In this document: in pieces, positions 25,161-38,862 of the stretch
How positions within the stretch are numbered: position 1 is the stretch's first letter
Layout of the letters: every line of letters starts with the position of its first letter
The notes under the pieces: generated by a model
The model's input: the letters and a program-made list of their open reading frames with translations, nothing else
Database searches by the model: none
What the model was told of the DNA's origin: nothing
Program-made: the position numbers and the translations under genes
Source of the DNA: Octopus vulgaris
Lineage: Eukaryota
Length of the DNA stretch: 64,000 nt
Assembly (NCBI GenBank): GCA_951406725.2
Contig: OX597817.1
Span: 114,390,001-114,454,000 of the forward strand
Direction: 5' to 3'

Positions 25161-26355
25161 ATACATATATATGCAATGACCTTTCAGTTTCTGTCTAGCA
25201 AATTCCCTCACAAGTCATTGATCTGCCCAGGGCTATCATAGAAGACACTTGCTCAATGTACCGCCCATTCATTGGAACTATATCCAAAACTATGTGACTC
25301 TGAAGTAGACCGCTGAACTGCATAGCCATTCTTGCACCCTTGTACTTGAAAATTAGTCCAGTTTTTTAAAATTCTTCTATTTGTCCCTTGTTCTGATATC
25401 TTAAAGTAATTACAGTATTGCCGTGAAGATGGTAATACTGTGTTTAGTAGCAGCTTATAGATCTTGGTAGAGTTCTTATGATTTGGTCTTTAATTTCTTA
25501 CAGAAACAAACTCAGCAGATTCGATGCAAAATATGAAATTTCAAGTGTATTCCAGTGCAATTATTTGTCTAGCTTCTGCATTCAACTTAATCCACTTTTC
25601 TGCATAAATGGTGCTAAGACAAACTAAGCTATTAGAATCACAATAAAACACAATGAAATTGTTGAAAAAAAAATTTAAAATAGAAATAAAAGTTTGCATT
25701 TCTTCAGTTCTTGTGGAATAATATTTTTGCTGATTCGATGCATTTTGTTTGTAAAACTTTGCTCTCTCTCTCTCTCTCAATCCCTCCCCTCTGTTACTCC
25801 CTCACTCCCACTCCCTTCCTCTTGCTCTCTCCCTCCCACTCTCTGTTATTGCTTTTCACTCGCAGGCTTCCTACTCTTTCTTACTCGCTGCCTCCTACCC
25901 CCACCCTATTATCTCCTCCCCCTCTTTTTCTCTCTGTTTTTCTCTCACTCCATCTCTCCTAAATTTATTTTGAAATATTTGAATTATTAATTTTTCAACT
26001 CAATGAAGGAATATCTTCTTGAATATTCAGAAACACTTTCAATCACAATAACTTAAAATATTTAATAATTTCTTTTTCTCCCTATCACTCTCTAATAACC
26101 AGAGTCCTTTATTTCACATAGCTTTTCTCTGGTTGAAAAATACCAATGTTACTTGTGCTTAATATCTAGCATAAAACGTACCTTTCACAACCTGTCTGAA
26201 AGAAAAAAAGGACTGTAAATTTTTTTTCTTTTTTGGTTATTGAAAATACATATAGAACATTTTAAATGTTTTATTGCAAAATACATGTGCTAACATATAT
26301 ATGTGTGTGTGCTTGTGTATATATCTGCCTGTATATATATATATGCATATATATA

Positions 26356-26667
26356 TCATCATCATCATCATCATCATCATTTAGCATCTGCTTTCCATGC
26401 TAGCATGGGTTGGACGGTTCAACTGGGGTCTGGGAAGCCAGAAGGCTGCACCAAGCCCAGTCTGATCTGGCAATGTTTCTACGGCTGGATGCCCTTCCTA
26501 ATGCCAACCACTCCGTGAGTGTAGTGGGTGCTTTTTACGTGCTACCGGCACTGGTGCCAGATGGGGCTGGCAAGTGGCCACGGTTGGATGGTGCTTTTTA
26601 CATGCCACCGGCATGGGGGCCAGGCGAGGCTAGCAACGGCCACGATCGGATGGTGCTTTTTACGTGA
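26356..26667 (-). mobile_element. Family D element with internal minisatellite
   Basis: (CAT)n tail; three repeats of ggtgctttttacgtgccaccggcac. Confidence 0.85.
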
Positions 26668-26714
26668 TGTTTGTATGTATATATATGCATATGTGTATGA
26701 ATGTAATTTTGTAT

Positions 26715-27185
<471 letters not shown>

Positions 27186-27408
27186 CATATATGTATATGT
27201 TATTTTTAAACTTGAAGATTAAGTTTGAAAAATTTTTTTTCTTTGTATATTCTTTTATAGAAATGTTAGTTTCACATTTAAAACTCAAATTCCATTTGCT
27301 TGAATGCATATTTCCATATTTTTTGCTATTGATCTATATTTATGTTTGTATGTGTGTTTATGTGTGCGTATATATTTTGAAGTATATATATGTGTATGTA
27401 TTTGTATA

Positions 27409-27465
<57 letters not shown>

Positions 27466-27467
<2 letters not shown>

Positions 27468-27622
27468 GCATGACTGTGTGGTAAGAAGCTTGCTTACCAA
27501 CCACATGGTTCTGGGTTCAGTCCCACTGAGTAGCACTTTGGGCAAGTGTCTTCTACTATAGCCTTGGGCTGATCAAAGCCATGTGAGTGGATTTGGTAGA
27601 CAGAAACTGGAAAGAAGCCCGT

Positions 27623-27685
<63 letters not shown>

Positions 27686-27784
27686 ATATATGGTGTGTGT
27701 GTCTGTGTTTGTCTCCCTGGAATTGCTTGACAACTGATGTTGGTGTGTTTACATTCCTGTAAGTTAATGGTTCGGCAAAGGAGA

Positions 27785-27787
<3 letters not shown>
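27466..27787 (+). mobile_element. SINE family A, 3'-truncated
   Basis: Forward match up to gttcggcaaaggagacc. Confidence 0.9.
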
Positions 27788-27823
<36 letters not shown>

Positions 27824-27869
27824 TAAGATGGAAAACAACCAAGTGTTTAGCAGAAGTACTTTGCTGAGA

Positions 27870-28135
27870 ATAATCTGCCACACTTAGCATTTATTGAGAA
27901 AGCCTTTGGGAGAGTCCTTCGCTTATTGATCTGGTAGGCATAGAAGCAACTGGGAGTAGAAAGATGGGTTGTGAGAGCTATCCAAGCCATGTACATCGGT
28001 GCTGTTTGCAAGGTGAATGCAGTTAGGTGTCCATCAGAGTTCAGTGCCCAGTCTCCTGTTATTTATCAATGACTTCTAATGATAATAATGTAGGTGTATA
28101 AAACTGGATGTCTGTGGGAACTCTAATATGTTGTT
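27870..28135 (+). pseudogene. RTE LINE reverse transcriptase fragment
   Basis: EKAFGRVLR...KQLGVERWVVRAIQAMY...GVHQSSVPSLLLFI. Confidence 0.75.
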
Positions 28136-28255
28136 ATGAATTTTGAGTATATATTTTGTATATATGTGCTCTGTGTGCTAAGTAGCTTGTTTCTCAACTA
28201 TATAACACCTTTATGCTGTATGTGTGTGTGTGTGTGTGTGTGTGTGCTGCATGTA

Positions 28256-28310
<55 letters not shown>

Positions 28311-28641
28311 TACTTAATCAGGTACTTAAATATATTTTTATATGTGTATATATACATGTGATCTTCTCGATGTGATGACCGAGGCTTGTCTCATCCTATT
28401 TAAGTGCATCCATACAGTCGCATTTTGTGGTGGTCTAAATCTGTCATTATTCTGGATCGCTGAACCCCCAGAAACAGCTGTTGGACTTATTATACCTGTT
28501 TCTCACATCTTTAAGTTTCTCTGTCGTTTGTAATCTGTGTAAGTTGGACCTATTTATATAAATATATATATATATATATATCATAGATATAAATTCATCA
28601 TTCACCATTTGAAAGTTGCTACCTTTTGCTTTCTCTTGCTT

Positions 28642-28818
28642 TGCATAGGAGTGGCTGTGTGGTAAGTTGCTTGCTTACCAACCACATGGTTCCGGGTTCA
28701 GTCCTACTGCATAGCATCTTGGGCAAGTGTCTTCTACTATAGCCTCGGGCCAACCAAAGCCTCGTGAGTGGATTTGGTAGACGGAAACTCAAAGAAGCCT
28801 GTTGTATATATGTGTGTG

Positions 28819-28889
<71 letters not shown>

Positions 28890-29095
28890 ATGTTTGTATG
28901 TCTGTATTTGTTCCCCTAGCATTGCTTGACAACCGATGCTGGTGTGTTTACGTCCCCGTCACTTAGCGGCTTGGCAAAAGAGACCAATAGAATAAGTACT
29001 GGGCTTACAAAGAATAAGTCCCGGGGTCAATTTGCTCGACTAAAGGTGGTGCTCCAGCATGGCCACAGTCAAATGACGGAAACAAGTAAAAGATA
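28642..29095 (+). mobile_element. SINE family A, full length
   Basis: Match to 5314-5735. Confidence 0.92.
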
Positions 29096-29544
29096 CATAT
29101 TTTGTATTTGATGTATTTAATATATTTGATATATTTGATGTGTCTAATTTGTTTATCTCCATAATTCCTTATAAATTCATATATGTATATATACGTCTGG
29201 AAATATGTTTATTTATCAACATCTGTATAAATGCACAGGTCTTTGACCTGTAACTATTTTGATTAGTGCCAACACATGAAATTCTTGGACCTTGAGTAAC
29301 TCTGTTACTTCCGCTAAATTTTAATAAAAATATATATATATGTCTACATACACATACACATGCACACACACACACACACGGGTACACATTATACATACAT
29401 ATATATATATGTATGTATGTGTGTGTATATGTAATCTGATCCCAAAGAAGCTAGTCTCTGTATGAAGCCTATGAAACTCTAAGATACATAGAGCTGAATC
29501 AAACTGTTTTAAACAATATATGCAAGCACACACACACACACACA

Positions 29545-29546
<2 letters not shown>

Positions 29547-29579
<33 letters not shown>

Positions 29580-29830
29580 CTTAACTAATTAATGCAGCCA
29601 GTCTTTGGGGTGCCACCCTAGACATTTTTGCAGTCAACCATTGTCTCCAGTCTCTGTTCTCTGTCATACATAACAGGGTCGTGGCATTGCAACAGTCCTT
29701 GATGCTGTCAGACCAAGATTTTCTCTGTCTTCCTCTTTTTACCCTTTCTCAACTGTGTCCTGAGAATGGTTTTGGATAGAGAGTTGTGGCAAGATATGTA
29801 ACTGTACCAGGCAAGCTTTTGCTCTTTCAC
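29547..29830 (-). mobile_element. RTE LINE 3' end with (GAT)n tail
   Basis: Minus strand encodes HNSLSKTIL..TVEKG..RGRQRKSWSDSIKD. Confidence 0.75.
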
Positions 29831-30162
29831 TTGGAGTGGTTCCTTCCCTTCTGCCTGTGTATTTGTTGGAGACATCCCAGAGTGCCACTGACAGAATATG
29901 AACTGCCAATCTCTCAGCTGGTTGCCTGGTACTGTGTAAAGTCAGCCACCTTATATTCTGCAGACAAAGTCAGCTCTCTAAAAGTAGTAGTTTTTTTGAC
30001 TAAATATTCTTTATCAGCAGCACAATAGCTTGATAACATTATTATTATTTTTATCATTATTATTAATATTATTATTATTATTATTATTATTATTATCATG
30101 ACAATGTTGATGATAATGATGAGGATGATGATGGTGATGATAACAACAACAACAACAAAAAC

Positions 30163-30197
<35 letters not shown>

Positions 30198-31104
30198 CCA
30201 TAAAGGGTAATGTTTAGGTTTGGTTATGGCATCTTGCATAACTGACTTTGGACCCTGAATAAAGTCTGGCCTCTCTGATCTTTCCAGTCAACATTGTCAC
30301 AGTTGATTTCTTTTCCTCAATATTTCGAATTGTATAAGAAGTAAAGCAAAAACCTACGGCTTATAAATTTAAAAATGAAAGAAAACGAATACAGGATTGA
30401 AAATTGCTACCAAATTATTATTTGTTGGTGTTAATGCTATTGTTGTTATGGTTACCTTCTCTCCCCAGATCAACCCTAGTTGAACAGCTCTTTACTCAAA
30501 GGTATCTCAGCTGTGGGGATCATCTCATTTTTTTATAAATTAGCAAGTTTTTAGTAAGTTTGGCTTCTATTTCTAGCATAATGACTAATCATGTAGACTT
30601 CAAATTAAAGTTTTATAACCCATTGAATAAAAACAGTTTTTTTTTTATTGCAATTAATAAATTTCCCTTGATCACAGTTAATTGATTTAATTAATAAAGA
30701 AATTTTGTTTCATAAATTGTTTCAATAATTACCACTGTAAAAGGATAACAGTGATGAAAATTACTGAACGGTAATTCAAAGAGGAGGGAAAAAGTTGAGG
30801 AAACCTGGAATTGTAAGTGAACAAACAAGACTTGGGACTCAGACAACATCTGAAGTAAAGACATCCTTGCTGGCTTGATGTATTATGTTTGTTATATGAG
30901 TGTAAATGTTTTGTAAAACTTTGAGGAGTGGGCAGAAAACTTTTAAGTAGCTTGAATGGTTTTTATCTCTGATATCTTGGCATGAAGCAGGTGAGAAATA
31001 TAAATTTTGTTTCAGGATAGAATGGTGGTCTATATCTATGTTATGTAATGTTCTTAAGTGATCTACTGTAATCTATTGTTATATACTAGACAGAGGCATG
31101 TGAA

Positions 31105-31560
31105 ATTCAAACATTTTGTTAAGATATTTCTGTTTGAATACACTACCCTTGTTGTAATTAATTTTGAACATAATAAAGAATTTAGTAAATTAGCTGTCAA
31201 ATTAAGCTGGTGTTTGGGACATAAATTAACATGAAATCTTGATGGAAGGTTTTAATCCTTTAGCATTCATATTTCTCTGTCAAATCTAATGATTATTTAT
31301 TCTCATTGTTTTAAATCAATCATGAATTAATTTGTAGATTAAAGATTTTGATGATGTGATTGTTTAGCTTAAGAATGACATTGTAAAGTTGGTATGAGAG
31401 ACCAGATATGCCCTGTCTGAACATAAAGCGTGTAGAATATTTGGGCCTGATATGACCAGTTTAAATGCTAAAGGGTTAAATCAAGATCCCTTAGAATAAA
31501 TAGGAAGTTTGTATCATAGAACTAACAGAAGTCTCAGGTGGGTTAGTATGAAAAGGATTT
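31105..31560. mobile_element. piggyBac-type MITE P2 hosting MITE P1
   Basis: Rejoined flanks match the uninterrupted copy at 33790-34012. Confidence 0.7.
31256..31475. mobile_element. piggyBac-type MITE P1
   Basis: TIRs tcctttagcatt / aatgctaaaggg with TTAA duplicated on both sides. Confidence 0.85.
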
Positions 31561-31649
31561 ATCTGCTAACTAAATACACAATTTAATGGCAGCTGGATTG
31601 AACTTATGATCCTTGTGGTTGTAGCTGAGGACCAGATTTCACATCACAG

Positions 31650-31985
31650 AGAGTGGCCATGCTGGAGCACTGTCTTGAAAGCTTTAGTTGAATGAATCTA
31701 CTTATCTCTAAGCCTGGTGCTTATTCTATGAGTCACTTTTTGCCAAATCACTACATTATGGGGATGTAAACAAACCAAGACCAGTTGTCGGGTGGATCAT
31801 GACAGACACAAAGACACACATGCATATACGACAGGCTTCTTTCAGGTCCCATCTACTAAATTCACTCACAAGTCTTTGGTTGGCTATAGTGGAAGATGCT
31901 TACCCAAGGTGCCAGGCAATGCAATTGAACTCAAAGCCATGTGATTGAGTAGCAAGCTTCTTACCACACAGCTATGTCTATGTCT
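31650..31985 (-). mobile_element. SINE family A
   Basis: Diverged reverse match. Confidence 0.8.
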
Positions 31986-32865
31986 TTGTTTAATTATTTT
32001 CAAGCAATATTTCACAATAATTCTGTTTTCATCCTTTCTTTTTCTTTTTTATATTCCTATAAGGAATCTCAAGATGTAAATTGAATTATAAGAGAAGTGG
32101 GATAAAATGTATTTGTGAATATTTGTGTGAAATGAAGATTTTAATGAAATATGTTTTAATTTGTAGCATCTGCAATATGGTAAATCAAAATAATATAGAG
32201 TCAGGAATCATCTGTGCTTATAAATTTCTTTGAAATAATTCTCGCAATATTTCTCAATAACACTTATTTCTTTCTATTCCAACGCAGTACATTTTACTGA
32301 CAGGCAAAGAGGAAAAAAAAAATAAAAAGTTGGTCACAGCTGGAACAGATTCTAAAATTGGTTGAATCAATGACAAAACAACCACCACCACAACAACAAT
32401 GACAGTTATCATAATCTTCTCTTCTGTGTTTGACTGATAAAATATGAAATTAGTCTGTATAATTCTCTTTTTCCCCCACTAAGACAATGAACAATGCCTG
32501 GTGACTTCTCTGACAAGTGACCCAGAACTGTCTGTGATTTTGAGAAGTTCTCAGCGGAAGGTGTATAGGGTTATTGCCCATCCAATATTTTCCATCATCA
32601 ACTTAGTGGTTTGGCATAAGAGATTGATAGAGTAAGTCAAGGTGGTGCTCCAGCATGGTTACAGTCAATGACTGAAACAAGTAAAAGTAAAAAAAAAAAA
32701 TAATAAAATAAAAAATAGGGTACGAAAATTCTGTAGAAAAACTACAAATTTAAATGATATCTACTATAAAGGGCCCAGATTTCCCTCCTTCTTCTCATAC
32801 TAACTTATTCCATTTTACTTTTAGTTGGTCACAGTCTAATGACTGAAACAAAGCAAAGATAAAAG

Positions 32866-32901
<36 letters not shown>

Positions 32902-32917
32902 CCACACACCCACACAT

Positions 32918-32966
<49 letters not shown>

Positions 32967-33189
32967 AAGTAATGTTCATAGCCACTTCAGCATGGTTGTT
33001 CTGTTTGAGTGAAATTTACTGTAATTTTTCCTCTTGCTGATTAAGGATGCATAGCTGCATCCTATATATTGTGAGCAGGGGAAGGAACCCCTACCGCCCT
33101 CTTGTGATGGGACCAGCATACCAGTCTGGATTCGAACTATTTCTGCCTCCCTTCAGCACTGGACACTTTGTTTGCAAGAGATGGCATTA

Positions 33190-33482
33190 CTGAATCGCTA
33201 ATTACAGGGATGTAAACATACCAGCATCAGTTGTCAAGCAGTGGTGGTGGTGGTGGTGGGGACAAACACAGGTACAAATACACAAATACATACATACATA
33301 CATTCATTCATACATACATACATACGACGGGCTTCATTTAGTTACATCTACCAAATCCACTCACAAGGCTTTAGTCAACCCAAGGCTATAGTAGAAGACA
33401 CTTGTCCAAGGTGCCACACAGTGGGACTGAATTTGGAACTATGTGGTTGGGAAGCAAACATCTTACCACACAGCTATGCCTA
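33190..33482 (-). mobile_element. SINE family A, partial
   Basis: Reverse match with internal (CATA)n. Confidence 0.85.
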
Positions 33483-33537
33483 CACACATGCACACATGCA
33501 TGCATACATGCAGTGTAAGCCATTGTGGTTATGTTTG

Positions 33538-33756
33538 AGCTGGCAGAAATGTTAGCACGCCGGACGAAATGCTTAGCGTTATTTCGTCTGTCTTTACGTT
33601 CTGAGTTCAAATTCTGCCAAGGTCGACTTTGCCTTTCATCCTTTCGAGGTCGATTAAATAAGTACCAGTTAAGCTCTGGGGTCGATATAATCGACTTAAT
33701 CTGTTTGTCCTTTGTCCTCTGTGTGTTTAGCCCCTTGTGGGTAGTAAAGAAATAGG
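33538..33756 (+). mobile_element. SINE family B (tRNA-like head, Meta-domain-like core)
   Basis: gagttcaaattc B box; gtcgactttgcctttcatcctttcgaggtcgattaaataagtaccag core; flanking ggttatgtttg / ggttacgtttg is a probable TSD. Confidence 0.9.
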
Positions 33757-33789
33757 TTACGTTTGGAGGATGTCTTTTCAATAACAATA

Positions 33790-34012
33790 ACTCTAGCTCT
33801 TTTTTTACTATATTTCTCTTGAAATTCACTACTTTCATTTCAATTCCTTTTGAAAATAATGAAGAATTAAATAGAATAACTTTGCCATCTTTAAGCTGGT
33901 ATTTGAAACATAAATTATTGTGGAACTTTGATGAATAGTTTTAATTAAGATCACAGGAATTTATATCATAAAACCAAGGGCAATCTCAGGTGGATTAGTA
34001 TCAATAGGGTTA
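33790..34012. mobile_element. piggyBac-type MITE P2
   Basis: Ends tatcaatagggttaa; matches the host element at 31105-31560. Confidence 0.65.
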
Positions 34013-34520
34013 AGCAAATAAAGAATTTGAGAGTCAATCAGTCATCAAAACGTCCGTTTCAAAACTAGCAATATTGTAACGTTCGTATTGACAGGGAGTT
34101 CAACCTTTGTCTAATAGATTATTTTACCAGTTGACTGGTCGAATAAGCTGTTAAGTGTGCCTTAATCTCTCAACTAACATAAAAACTTTACAACAAATTT
34201 GACTCAACTCTCAGTATTAAGCCACTCCATTAGCAACTGTTCTGTTGTTATTTTTAAATTAACTCAAAAATAATGACCTCAATTTAGCATGTGAGTTTGT
34301 GTGTGTGTGCGTGTATGTATATATATGTATGTATCTATGTATCAAGGAATGTATGGATGCATGTGTGTGTGTATGTATGTGTATATATATATATATATAT
34401 TATGTATGAATGTATATACATACATATACACATACACACATACATAGACAACATATTCATATATATATATACACAAATATATACATATATATATATAAAT
34501 ATATACATATATATATATAT

Positions 34521-34583
<63 letters not shown>

Positions 34584-34881
34584 CATATATATACAAATGA
34601 ATATGTTGTATATGTTTATATATGTGTGGTGTGTGTATATATATACAACACACACACACACGTGCGCACACACACATGCACACATAATAGTGCTACTGAT
34701 CTGGTTAACTTAAGGCTTCAGTAAAAGGTACAATTTACTTAGTGAAGCTTTTGTAGAACATGGTTCATATGTGAACTTTCATGGTTCTCTTCCTGCCTTG
34801 TACCTTTGATTTTCTACTTCTCTCTAACTGATTCTTTTGAATACTTTCATAGCCATAATTTTAATGAAATTTACTCCACAT

Positions 34882-35283
34882 AGGCACAGGCATGGCTGTG
34901 TGGTAAGAACTTTGCTTCTCACCAAACATGGTTCCAGGTTCAGTCATCTTGGCCGAGTATCTTCTACTGTAGCCTCAGGCTGACCAAAGCCTTGTGTGTG
35001 GATTTGGTAGATGGAAACTGAAAGAAGTCTGTTGTGTATATATATATACATTTTTATGTATGTGTGTCTTTGTTTCTGTATTTGTCTCCCCACCGTTGCT
35101 TGACAACCAATGTTGGTGTGTTTATATCCCCATAACTTAGTGGTCTAGTATTAGAGATCAATAAAGTACTAAGCTTACAAAGAATAAGTCCTGGGATTGA
35201 TTTCTTTGACTAAAACCCCTTTAAAGTGATACCCTAACATGGCCACAGTCAAATGACTGAAACAAGTATAGGAATAAAAGAAT
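34882..35283 (+). mobile_element. SINE family A
   Basis: Full-length forward match. Confidence 0.9.
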
Positions 35284-35721
35284 ATTTTCTATTTACTTCA
35301 TAATAAGTATGCAAGAAATTTAGATGTCTTTAGTTCTATAACTAAGTTCTCCATTACTAATCTGATGCCAACCCTCCACTATCACTACAACAACTAACAA
35401 CAACAATTACAGGAAGAGCAAGAACAACAACAACAGCCAAGCTGATGGAATCTTAATCTATTTATGTAGTCTACCTGGTTTAGTTCACTAGTCTCGGTCA
35501 GTTAGAATATAGTCATGTTGAACATCACCTTCACTTTTGTTTTCAAGGGTTTTAGTTGTTGATATATTGCACTGAGTACTTATTTAACTGTGGTACTTAA
35601 TTTATTGGTTATCATTTTTACTCTATATTTTCTTGTTTTGCAAAGGGGGGTAACTCAACACACCAACTTACACTACTATACTGAAAAACACACCCTCATG
35701 CACACACACACGTACACACAC

Positions 35722-36052
35722 AGACTGCTGCTATGCTGGGGCACTGTCTTGGAGAATTCTTTTTTTTAGTTGAATTAATTGACTCGGGAACGTTTTTTTA
35801 AAGGCTAGTACTTATTCCATCAATCTCTTTTGCCCAAACTGCCAGGTTATGGGGACATAAACACACAGTTATCAAGTGCTGCTGGGGAACAAACATAGAC
35901 ATCAAGACGCACACGTATATGTATGCATACATGATGGGCTTCTTTCAGTTTCCATCTACCAAATCCACTCTCAAAACTTTGGTAAACCCAAGGCTATAGT
36001 AGAAGACACTTGCCCAAGGTGCCATGCAGTGGAACTGAACCTGGAACCATGT
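35722..36052 (-). mobile_element. SINE family A
   Basis: Reverse match. Confidence 0.85.
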
Positions 36053-36878
36053 ACAACCTGCACATATACAAGCACACAACAGTTTTCCACAGTTTCCATG
36101 TAGCAAATTTATTTCACCCGTTCACCCATAAGTTATTTATTAATGTAAAGTTGCAATTGCGTACGATGTCACAGAATGTGAATAAACATAGATCCACATT
36201 TTACTAATAAAATGTTTGAGATTTGAAACAGAAACATTTGCATCACATGTAAACTAATGTTCCATTTTCTCAGTACTGAAGAGTAGACATGAAAAAAGAA
36301 AAGGGAAAAAAAAAAGAAAAGTAAAAATCAAACAAATAAACATAAAAGAAAATCAATGGCTATGGAAAGGAATCTTGCAGAGAGAGTTGTAACAAACGCC
36401 AGATATTTGCTGGAATTGTATATTGACGAAACATTGTTAAGTGTCAGACTAAAGATAGGTTCTCAAAGAAAAATTGCTAACCTGACTAATATCAAGGTGT
36501 TGGATTTCATTAAGAATTTAAGAGTTTTGTCATGACAAAAGTAGTCATTTATTCGTGAGAATGAAATATTGTGTGGTTTAGAATCTGATAAAGTAGTTTT
36601 CACTCAGCTAGGTAGCTGGCTAGCTAGCATTTGCTATACATTGCATTAGTACTAATGATACTAAATAAAACTATCCTGACCACAACGATAAAATAAATGG
36701 AAGAGCCAAGTTAATTGCAACTAGTTAGAGTTAGAACATTCTGGAACCATTGAAGAGAAGTGCTTATTTTTTAAAATTTTCTACTATCACCAAAGTTTAG
36801 TCATCATTAGTTTTAATGTGTGTTTTTGTGTGTGTCTTAGTATATGTGCGTTCTTTTTTGTTGTTGTTGTTGTTGCAG

Positions 36879-36983
36879 AAAGTTTTTAAAATTACAAGAC
36901 TCTAGTTCAAAAGATGAAATGATACCAACTGGGCAATTTTCAATGGTTCTGCTATTTATTCTGCTCCAGCTATCACTTGTTGG
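36879..36983 (+). CDS. Candidate 105-nt coding exon (phase 2-2) with a hydrophobic segment; product unknown
   Basis: T-rich tract ending ttgcag|, donor GG|gtaatg, open frame KFLKLQDSSSKDEMIPTGQFSMVLLFILLQLSLVG in non-repetitive sequence. Confidence 0.3.
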
Positions 36984-37609
36984 GTAATGTGTTGAATGGA
37001 AGCTAGTTTCCATTGAACAAGTTGATGAAAAACACGCAATCACCATATGATCATGCCCACTGTTATTGTGCACCATTACCATTATTTTCTATCATCTCTT
37101 CCCCACCAATACAACGTATTTAACTACTGAAAAATTTAGGTGCTTCTGTTTTTATCCAATATGTTTGCTTGATTGATTGCTAAAGTGTCTACTTCAGAAT
37201 CTCAGAAACTATTGAAGCTAAGATATTCTAACATTTTAAGGAATAAAACATGACCTGTTTTCTTTCTGCATATTAAAATATTGGCTTTTTAGCACGTTCT
37301 TTTGATATATTCTGTGTGAGCTATAAGCTCGCTATACTAAACACAAAATCACTGACATGATAATAGAAAGAAAAAGAAAATAGCCCTGAAAATGCAGGTT
37401 ATTTGAACTGCGAAGTGAGGTCTGTTCACACACATAGATATAATGCAACATTATGTATTTTAAATGATGCAGTCTATAATAGAAAATAGTCCAAAATATA
37501 TTCAGACATTGACCATATATACACTTTTACTGGTTTCAGTCATTGGACTGCAGCCATGCTGGAGCTCTGCCTTTATGGATTTTAATTGAGCATACCAACT
37601 CTATTACTA

Positions 37610-37933
37610 GCACTATGGCTCAGTGGTTAGAGCGTCAAGCTTACGATCATGAGGTTGTGAGTTCGATTTCCGGACCAGGTTGCATGTTGTGTTCTTGAGC
37701 AAGACACTTTATTTCACGTTGCTCCAGTTAACTGCAGAAAAGAGTTGCGACATCACTGGTGCCAAGCTGTATCAGCCTTGCCTTTCCCTTGGATAACATC
37801 AGTGGTTTAGAGAGGGGAGGCTGGTATACATGGGCGACTGCTGGCCTTCCATAAACAACCTTGCCTGGACTTGTATCTCAGAGGGTAACTTTCTAGGTGC
37901 AATCCCATGGTCATTCATCACCGAAGGGGATCT
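37610..37933 (+). mobile_element. tRNA-derived SINE family C, inserted in a family A relic (37520-38190, minus)
   Basis: tggctcagtggttagagc A box, gagttcgattt B box, gtgttcttgagcaagacact; second copy at 41120-41445. Confidence 0.9.
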
Positions 37934-38254
37934 CCTCCTCTATTTATAGAAGGACTATATTGCCAGTTTTGACATAAAGGGATATATAACTTGAAACACT
38001 GGTTTACACTAGTAAATGTAAATACCATGTATGTATTCAAATACATACAGAAACATATTTATGTATGTTTTCATATTCCTAGTTTTACATACATTAGTCA
38101 ACCTGAGTCTACTGCAGAAGATATACACAGTGGGATCAACTCTGGAACTATGTGGCTGTAATGTAAACTTCTTAGTCATGTGGATTGGTCTGTACCCCTA
38201 TGTTGATGATATGTTTCTGTTGTTTTCACTTGTTAACTTTTGAGTTAATATTGT

Positions 38255-38494
38255 TATTTCTTTATTGCCCACAAGGGGCTAAACATAGAGGGGGACAGAC
38301 AAGGACAGACAAAGCTATTAAGTCAATTACATCGACCCCAGTGCATAACAGATACTTAATTTATCGACCTCCGAAAGGATGAAAGGCAAAGTTGACCTTG
38401 GCTGAATTTGAACTCAGAACGTAACGGCAGACGAAATACTGCTAAGCATTTTGGCCAGCATGCTAACGTTTCTGCCAGCTTGCCACCTTGTGAG
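38255..38494 (-). mobile_element. SINE family B with an 18-bp TSD
   Basis: cttttgagttaatattgt at 38237-38254 and 38495-38512. Confidence 0.93.
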
Positions 38495-38520
38495 CTTTTG
38501 AGTTAATATTGTGTTAAGTA

Positions 38521-38745
38521 GAGGCAGTAACCTGGCAGAATTGTTAGGACACTGTGCAAAATATTTAGCAGCATTATCGCTTGTCTTTATGTTTTGAGTT
38601 CAAATGCTGTCAAGGTTGACTTCACCTTGCAATCTTTCAGTGTCGATAAAATAAGTACCAGTTGAGCATTGAGGCTGATGTAATCAACTTAACTCACTCT
38701 TCCCCCAAATTGCTGGCCTTGTGCCAAAATTCGAAATCAATGTTG
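38521..38745 (+). mobile_element. SINE family B variant with an alternative 3' tail
   Basis: Same head and core; tail cccaaattgctggccttgtgccaaaattcgaaatcaat. Confidence 0.85.
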
Positions 38746-38827
38746 TTTTAACTACTTATTTTGGTACTACATTTGGTTAACCATCACTGATTGTTAAATG
38801 TTGGTCAGGAACATATTCAAACACTAC

Positions 38828-38862
<35 letters not shown>

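Noticed and set aside
26525-26667. CRISPR-like repeat-spacer pattern (ggtgctttttacgtg)
   Set aside because: Spacers are related to each other; it is an internal minisatellite of a retroelement in eukaryotic DNA with no cas genes
32484-32560. Possible 77-nt exon (NEQCLVTSLTSDPELSVILRSSQRK)
   Set aside because: AAG acceptor and weak donor (gtgtat); no recognisable homology
33035-33080. Hammerhead-like ctgatta followed by a perfect 7-bp hairpin (ggatgca/tgcatcc)
   Set aside because: No GAAA box and no convincing stem I
37610-37680. tRNA gene
   Set aside because: A/B boxes run directly into a SINE body repeated at 41120; no proper acceptor stem
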